From Longimicrobiales bacterium (GTDB lineage: Bacteria > Gemmatimonadota > Gemmatimonadetes > Longimicrobiales > Gaopeijiaceae), in contig OZ241869.1 in the NCBI GenBank assembly GCA_965202805.1, positions 3,956,863 through 4,020,862 on the forward strand: a DNA stretch of 64,000 nucleotides, in the 5' to 3' direction. The notes below the pieces were generated by a model, which was given only the letters and a program-made list of their open reading frames with translations, had not been told where the DNA came from and made no database searches. Below, one piece after another: positions 59,624 to 64,000 of the stretch; within the stretch, counting starts at the first letter, position 1; every line of letters starts with the position of its first letter. Position numbers and translations under genes: made by a program.

Positions 59624-61240
59624 GTGAAGCTTCTGCAGCGGCTCGTTGAGGCGCTCGGCGCGAACTATTCCCAGTGGCGGGTGCTGAGCCGGGTGATGTG
59701 GAAGATCGATCTCCGCAAGTCCGGCGCTGCACTCGACACGGGCCGGAGGAAGCGAAACAGCTTTTTCTGGACGCTGGTCGGCTACGGGTTTTTCGGGGTG
59801 TTCGCAGCCATCGTCGTCGGCGCGGTTCCCGGACTGCTGCTCTCCGCCACGGTGGCCCTGACCATGTTGGGCGTGACCGTGTGCGGGATCATCCTGCTGG
59901 ACTTCCACGCGGTGGTGGTCTCGCCCGACGACCATGCCGTTCTCGGCCACCAGCCCGTTTCCTCGCGTACCTGCTTCGTCGTGAAGCTGACCAACGTGCT
60001 GCTCCACACCGGCATCATCGGCGCACTTGTCGGCGGTCCCGCGGTGATCCCGTTCCTGACCGGTCATGGTCTCGCGGTCGCCGCGGCGTGGCTAGTGGCC
60101 GTGGCGGGAACCACGGTGGCCTCCACCGTCGCGATGATCTCCGTCTACGCGGGCCTGCTGTCCCGGGTGTCCGCCGATCGGATGTCCCGCGCGCTCTCCT
60201 ACGCCCAGCTCCTGTTGGTGACGATCTTCGCGGTCGGGGCGCTGTTCTACGGCGAGGTGATGGATGCGCTGGCGAAGGCGGATGTCCCGTTGGGGGCTCT
60301 CCTGCTCTTTCCGCCGGCCTGGTTCGCAAGCCTGCTGACTCTGGCCTCGGGGGACTGGGCCGGGAGTGCCGTGGCCACGGTCCTCGCTGCGCTGGCCGCC
60401 ACGGCGGGCCTCGTCTACGTCGCCGCCCACCGGCTGTCCCTGTCCTATTCGGAGCGTCTCGGCGCCCTCCTGTCCGCGAAAGACGCCGGGCGGTCCTCGA
60501 GGTGGACGAACGGGCTGCTCGCTCGCCGGCTCTCGCCCGAGTTGCGGGTTGTGGCGACCCTGATGCGCGCACAGTTCCGTCACGAAATGAAGTTCCGGCT
60601 GGCGATCCTGGGGCTGCTGCCACTTACCGTATTCTATGTTCTGATGGGGCTACAAGACGGTCCGCTTCCCGACCCGTTCAACGAAAGGGGCTTCGCGGCC
60701 ATGGAGCTGTTCCCCATCCACATGGTGGCGGTCCTCACGCCGCTCACCCTCGTGGACAGCTGTTTCAGGAGCGATTCATACCGCGGCGCGTGGGTGTTCT
60801 TCGTGTCCCCGGTCGACCGCGGCAGGCTGGTGATCAAGGTGGGGGACTGCGTGGCACTGTTCTTTCTTCTCCCGTACGCCGCCCTGCTGGGCGTGGTGCT
60901 GGCCTGGAGCTTCGGGGACATCCGGCACGGGATCGCGCACGCCGCGGTTCTGGGGCTCTTCGCTCGCCTGGTGGTTCAACTGCGGATCGCGGCATCGCCG
61001 CACCTGCCCTTTTCCCGGCCGTCGAGCAAGGGCGAGTTCAGCGGCAGCCTCTTCGGCGCGATGATGTTGGGGCTGTTCGCGATAGGTGTCGTGTTTCCCC
61101 TGGTTCTGGGGGTAGCGTACTCGACCACGGGGTCCTCGATCGTGATGGTCGGGGTCCTTTTGGGCGCGGGTGTGCTCATGTCGGCCGGGGGGCCCCGGCG
61201 CGTCCGGCCGCGCGTGGAGGCGCTGGAGTTTCTCGACTGA
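59624..61240 (+). CDS. ABC exporter permease-like multi-TM protein
   Basis: Two-fold TM architecture with a D..VL...PV motif and FPPAWF; follows the ATPase. Confidence 0.75.
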   Translation: MKLLQRLVEALGANYSQWRVLSRVMWKIDLRKSGAALDTGRRKRNSFFWTLVGYGFFGVFAAIVVGAVPGLLLSATVALTMLGVTVCGIILLDFHAVVVSPDDHAVLGHQPVSSRTCFVVKLTNVLLHTGIIGALVGGPAVIPFLTGHGLAVAAAWLVAVAGTTVASTVAMISVYAGLLSRVSADRMSRALSYAQLLLVTIFAVGALFYGEVMDALAKADVPLGALLLFPPAWFASLLTLASGDWAGSAVATVLAALAATAGLVYVAAHRLSLSYSERLGALLSAKDAGRSSRWTNGLLARRLSPELRVVATLMRAQFRHEMKFRLAILGLLPLTVFYVLMGLQDGPLPDPFNERGFAAMELFPIHMVAVLTPLTLVDSCFRSDSYRGAWVFFVSPVDRGRLVIKVGDCVALFFLLPYAALLGVVLAWSFGDIRHGIAHAAVLGLFARLVVQLRIAASPHLPFSRPSSKGEFSGSLFGAMMLGLFAIGVVFPLVLGVAYSTTGSSIVMVGVLLGAGVLMSAGGPRRVRPRVEALEFLD

Positions 61241-61276
61241 AATGACAAGCGCCTGCTGAAGTAACGAATTCCCGCG

Positions 61277-61753
61277 CTACGTCAGCTCCAGCCGCCGCCT
61301 TCTCCGCTCACGGCCTTCCTCGTAGCGGCGGCGGTCCTCCGGGTCGGCGAGGTCCAGCGGGGGGACGGGGGTGGGACGGTGGTCGTCGTCGATGGCGACG
61401 AAGGTGAGGAGGCAGGTGTTGGTGTGCCGCTTCACCCCGGTGAGCGGGTTCTCGGCGTCGACCCGCACGCCGACCTCGATGGACGTGGTGCCCACGTAGT
61501 TCACCCGCGCCGAACAGGTGACCAGCTCGCCGGTGCGGATGGGTTCCCTGAAGTCGACGCGGTCGATGGAGACCGTGACGCAGGGCCGCCCCGCGTGGCG
61601 GATGGCGGCGACCGCCGCCGCGCGGTCGACCATGGCGAGGACTTCACCGCCGGAGACGTTCCCCAGGTTGTTCACCTGATGCGGCATCATCAGCTCGGTG
61701 ATGACGGTGACGGAGTCGGCGGGCTTTTTCGGGGTGGGATCGAAGTCGTTCAT
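61277..61753 (-). CDS. Acyl-CoA thioesterase (YciA family)
   Basis: MMPHQVNNLGNVSGG..L..VD, VTVSID.VDF..P and GTTSIEVGV. Confidence 0.9.
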   Translation of the reverse strand: MNDFDPTPKKPADSVTVITELMMPHQVNNLGNVSGGEVLAMVDRAAAVAAIRHAGRPCVTVSIDRVDFREPIRTGELVTCSARVNYVGTTSIEVGVRVDAENPLTGVKRHTNTCLLTFVAIDDDHRPTPVPPLDLADPEDRRRYEEGRERRRRRLELT

Positions 61754-61943
61754 GGTTGCGGGAGTACACCGGTCGCGGGCCGGGGTTCAGGGCTCACCAT
61801 CGAGCGCCTGCCCGGGATGGCTGCGGCGGGATCCTCACCGCGACGGCGGTTGCGTTTCTTCGCTTGCGGCGCCAGTCCGGCGTCGGCAAGCTGCCAGATG
61901 GCCCCGGCTTCCTGAATTCCTCAACGCGCGCGGAGGTGCCAGC

Positions 61944-63329
61944 ATGAACCGAAGGCACTTTACACGGCTGGGCGCGGTCGCCCTGGGCGGGCTCGTGCTT
62001 CCCGGCGGGGTCGGAAGCGTCCTGGGTGATTCGCGCCGTTCTCCACGCGATAACCGACGGTTTCCACCGAAAATGCGACGTTTTCCCCACCAGGAGCTTC
62101 AGGTGGATGCGGATCGCCTGATCGAACGCATGCGCGCGCTCGAGGCCTTCGGGCGAAACGACGCCGGCGGGATCGACCGGGTGGCCTTCAGCGACGCGAA
62201 CATCGAAGCGCTCGACTGGGTGGCGGGTCATCTGGGCGCGGCCGGCTTCCAGGTCGGCATCGACCTTGCCGGCAACCTGATCGCACGCAAGGCGGGCCGG
62301 GACGCGTCGCTCCCGCCGCTCATGTTCGGCTCGCACATCGACTCGGTTCCCGGGGGCGGCAATTTCGATGGACAGGTCGGCTCGATGGCGGCCCTGGAGG
62401 CCGCGACCCGGCTGGCCGAGGCGGGTCACCGCACCCGCCATCCCCTCGAAGTGGCCATCTTCTCCAACGAGGAGGGGGGCAAGACGGGCAGCCGCATCCT
62501 CGCCGGAGAGTTCCTGCCGTTCGAAGTCGACGTCCAGACCGCCTCGGGCTACACCATCGGGGATGGCCTGCGGCGCCTGGGCGGCGACCCGGACCGACTT
62601 GCGGACGCTCGCCGCGAGCCGGGCTCCATTGCCGCATTCCTCGAGCTGCACATCGAGCAGGGCGCGGTCATGGAGACCGACGGCATCGACATCGGGGTGG
62701 TGGAGGGCATCGTCGGCATCGTGCGCTGGAACGTCGCCGTCGAGGGCATGACCAACCACGCCGGCACCACCCCCATGGACCGCCGCCAGGACGCGATGGT
62801 CGGGGCCGCGCGCTTCATCGACATGGTGCACCGCACCGCGCGCGGGATGCCCGGCAGGCAGGTGGCCACGGTGGGACGGCTGGCCGCGGAGCCGGGCGTG
62901 CCGAACGTGATCCCCGGGCGTGTGGTTCTCTCGCTCGAGATCCGCGATCTGTCGATGGAGGGCATCGAGCGCGTCTTCGAAGCGGTGCGCGCGCGGAGCG
63001 AACGAATCGCGCGCGAAACCGGCGTGACCTTCGCCTTCCAGCGCTTCTACACCAGCCGCGCGGCTCCCACCGACCCGCGCATCCGCGACCTCTTCGCGGC
63101 CTCCGCCCGCGATCTCGGCCTGGTGGCGCGCCGCATGCCCTCGGGAGCCGGGCACGACGCCCAGAGCATCGCCCTGCTCGCCCCGGTGGGGATGATCTTC
63201 GTGCCCTCCATCGGGGGCATCAGCCACTCCCCGGAGGAGCGCACCGAGGACTCCGACATCGTCAACGGCGCCAACGTGCTGCTCCGGACGCTCCTCGCGC
63301 TCGACGAGAGGGGACTCACGGGGGACTGA
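61944..63329 (+). CDS. M20 Zn-dependent amidohydrolase (allantoate/N-carbamoyl-amino acid hydrolase family) with Tat signal
   Basis: GGAGG RBS; MNRRHF Tat motif; GSHIDSV, NEEG, ELHIEQG, NHAGTTPM, SGAGHDA and GISHSPEE. Confidence 0.9.
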   Translation: MNRRHFTRLGAVALGGLVLPGGVGSVLGDSRRSPRDNRRFPPKMRRFPHQELQVDADRLIERMRALEAFGRNDAGGIDRVAFSDANIEALDWVAGHLGAAGFQVGIDLAGNLIARKAGRDASLPPLMFGSHIDSVPGGGNFDGQVGSMAALEAATRLAEAGHRTRHPLEVAIFSNEEGGKTGSRILAGEFLPFEVDVQTASGYTIGDGLRRLGGDPDRLADARREPGSIAAFLELHIEQGAVMETDGIDIGVVEGIVGIVRWNVAVEGMTNHAGTTPMDRRQDAMVGAARFIDMVHRTARGMPGRQVATVGRLAAEPGVPNVIPGRVVLSLEIRDLSMEGIERVFEAVRARSERIARETGVTFAFQRFYTSRAAPTDPRIRDLFAASARDLGLVARRMPSGAGHDAQSIALLAPVGMIFVPSIGGISHSPEERTEDSDIVNGANVLLRTLLALDERGLTGD

Positions 63330-63513
63330 TGTATACTGACATCTACTGGTGACTCATGCCGCGGCAGTAACGGGAACAACATCAAGGGAAGGAGCGGGAG
63401 CGACATAGCGGGAGTAGCGGAAGCACATCGGGTGGCGTAGTAGTAAGAGAGAGGTGCGGTGCCGCGGCCTCGGCCCGCGCGGACCCCTCCACGCACTTCA
63501 AGAGAAAGGCAAG

Positions 63514-64000
63514 ATGATGCCAGGATGCATTGCCAACCCGAGACGCCTCCGGTCGTCCGTCCCGCTGGTCGCCGCCGCCGTCCTTTTTCTCCCCGGCTCC
63601 GTGTCCGCGCAGGAGATCGAGCCCGACGACGCGCGGGTGACGATCATGGGCGTCGTCTACGACGTCGTGACCGGGACCGCCATTCCGACGGCCGCCGTCT
63701 CGCTCGAGAACGGCCGCCAGGGAGTGCTCACGGACGACCAGGGCATCTTCCGGCTGGAGGAGGTCGAGGCCGGACCGCAGTTGCTCGTGGTCACACAGTT
63801 CGGGTACCAGAAGAGGGCGGTTGCCGCCACCATCACCCCCGAGTCGAGCGGAATGATGCAGGTGGCGCTCACGCCCCGGCCCATCATGCTCGCCGGCGTG
63901 ACCGCTACGGTCGAGAATGTCACGGAGATGGAAGCCCGCCTGCGCTTCCGCCGGAGGGCCGCCGGGTTCTCCACCCAGGCCTACGACCGGCAGGAGCTGT
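63514..64000 (+). CDS. Exported protein with carboxypeptidase-regulatory-like domain, 3' partial
   Basis: Open frame from ATG 63514: signal peptide (VSA-QE), then GVVYD..TG.AIP.A.V and TDDQGIFRL...G...L.V..FGY. Confidence 0.75.
   Translation, partial: MMPGCIANPRRLRSSVPLVAAAVLFLPGSVSAQEIEPDDARVTIMGVVYDVVTGTAIPTAAVSLENGRQGVLTDDQGIFRLEEVEAGPQLLVVTQFGYQKRAVAATITPESSGMMQVALTPRPIMLAGVTATVENVTEMEARLRFRRRAAGFSTQAYDRQEL

Overview
High-GC chromosomal window. The gene content (SusC/SusD pair, HU with a short insertion, dcw cluster without murB/ddl, alr-cdd-lipoprotein-beta-barrel-miaB-lapA-comEC order) suggests a Gemmatimonadota-type diderm; this taxonomy is inference. The core is a mraZ-rsmH-ftsL-ftsI-murE-murF-mraY-murD-ftsW-murG-murC-ftsQ-ftsA-ftsZ cluster, followed by an M23 peptidase, ftsY, recG, asnS, mazG, alr, miaB, lapA and comEC. 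The left flank has a decayed defence remnant (hsdM C-terminal fragment, truncated higB, intact higA), tRNA-Val(TAC), HU, and an uncharacterised four-gene molybdoenzyme operon (fused Fe-S/NrfD subunit, Tat-less Mo-bisPGD subunit, TorD-like chaperone, SulP). The right flank has an intact Xre-RES toxin-antitoxin pair, class 1 FBPase, an orphan MazE-like gene, an internalin-like LRR lipoprotein, two duplicated plug-only lipoproteins, SusC/SusD, an ABC exporter, a thioesterase and a Tat-signal amidohydrolase. The most notable unexplained signals are: an identical 29-bp AT-rich triple-9-mer element inside the dcw operon and again upstream of comEC; an in-frame cytidine deaminase-lipoprotein fusion; the molybdoenzyme/SulP operon; stand-alone TonB-plug lipoproteins; reverse-oriented MraZ boxes; and an FtsA with altered nucleotide-binding motifs. 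All calls come from reading motifs by eye; no searches were run.
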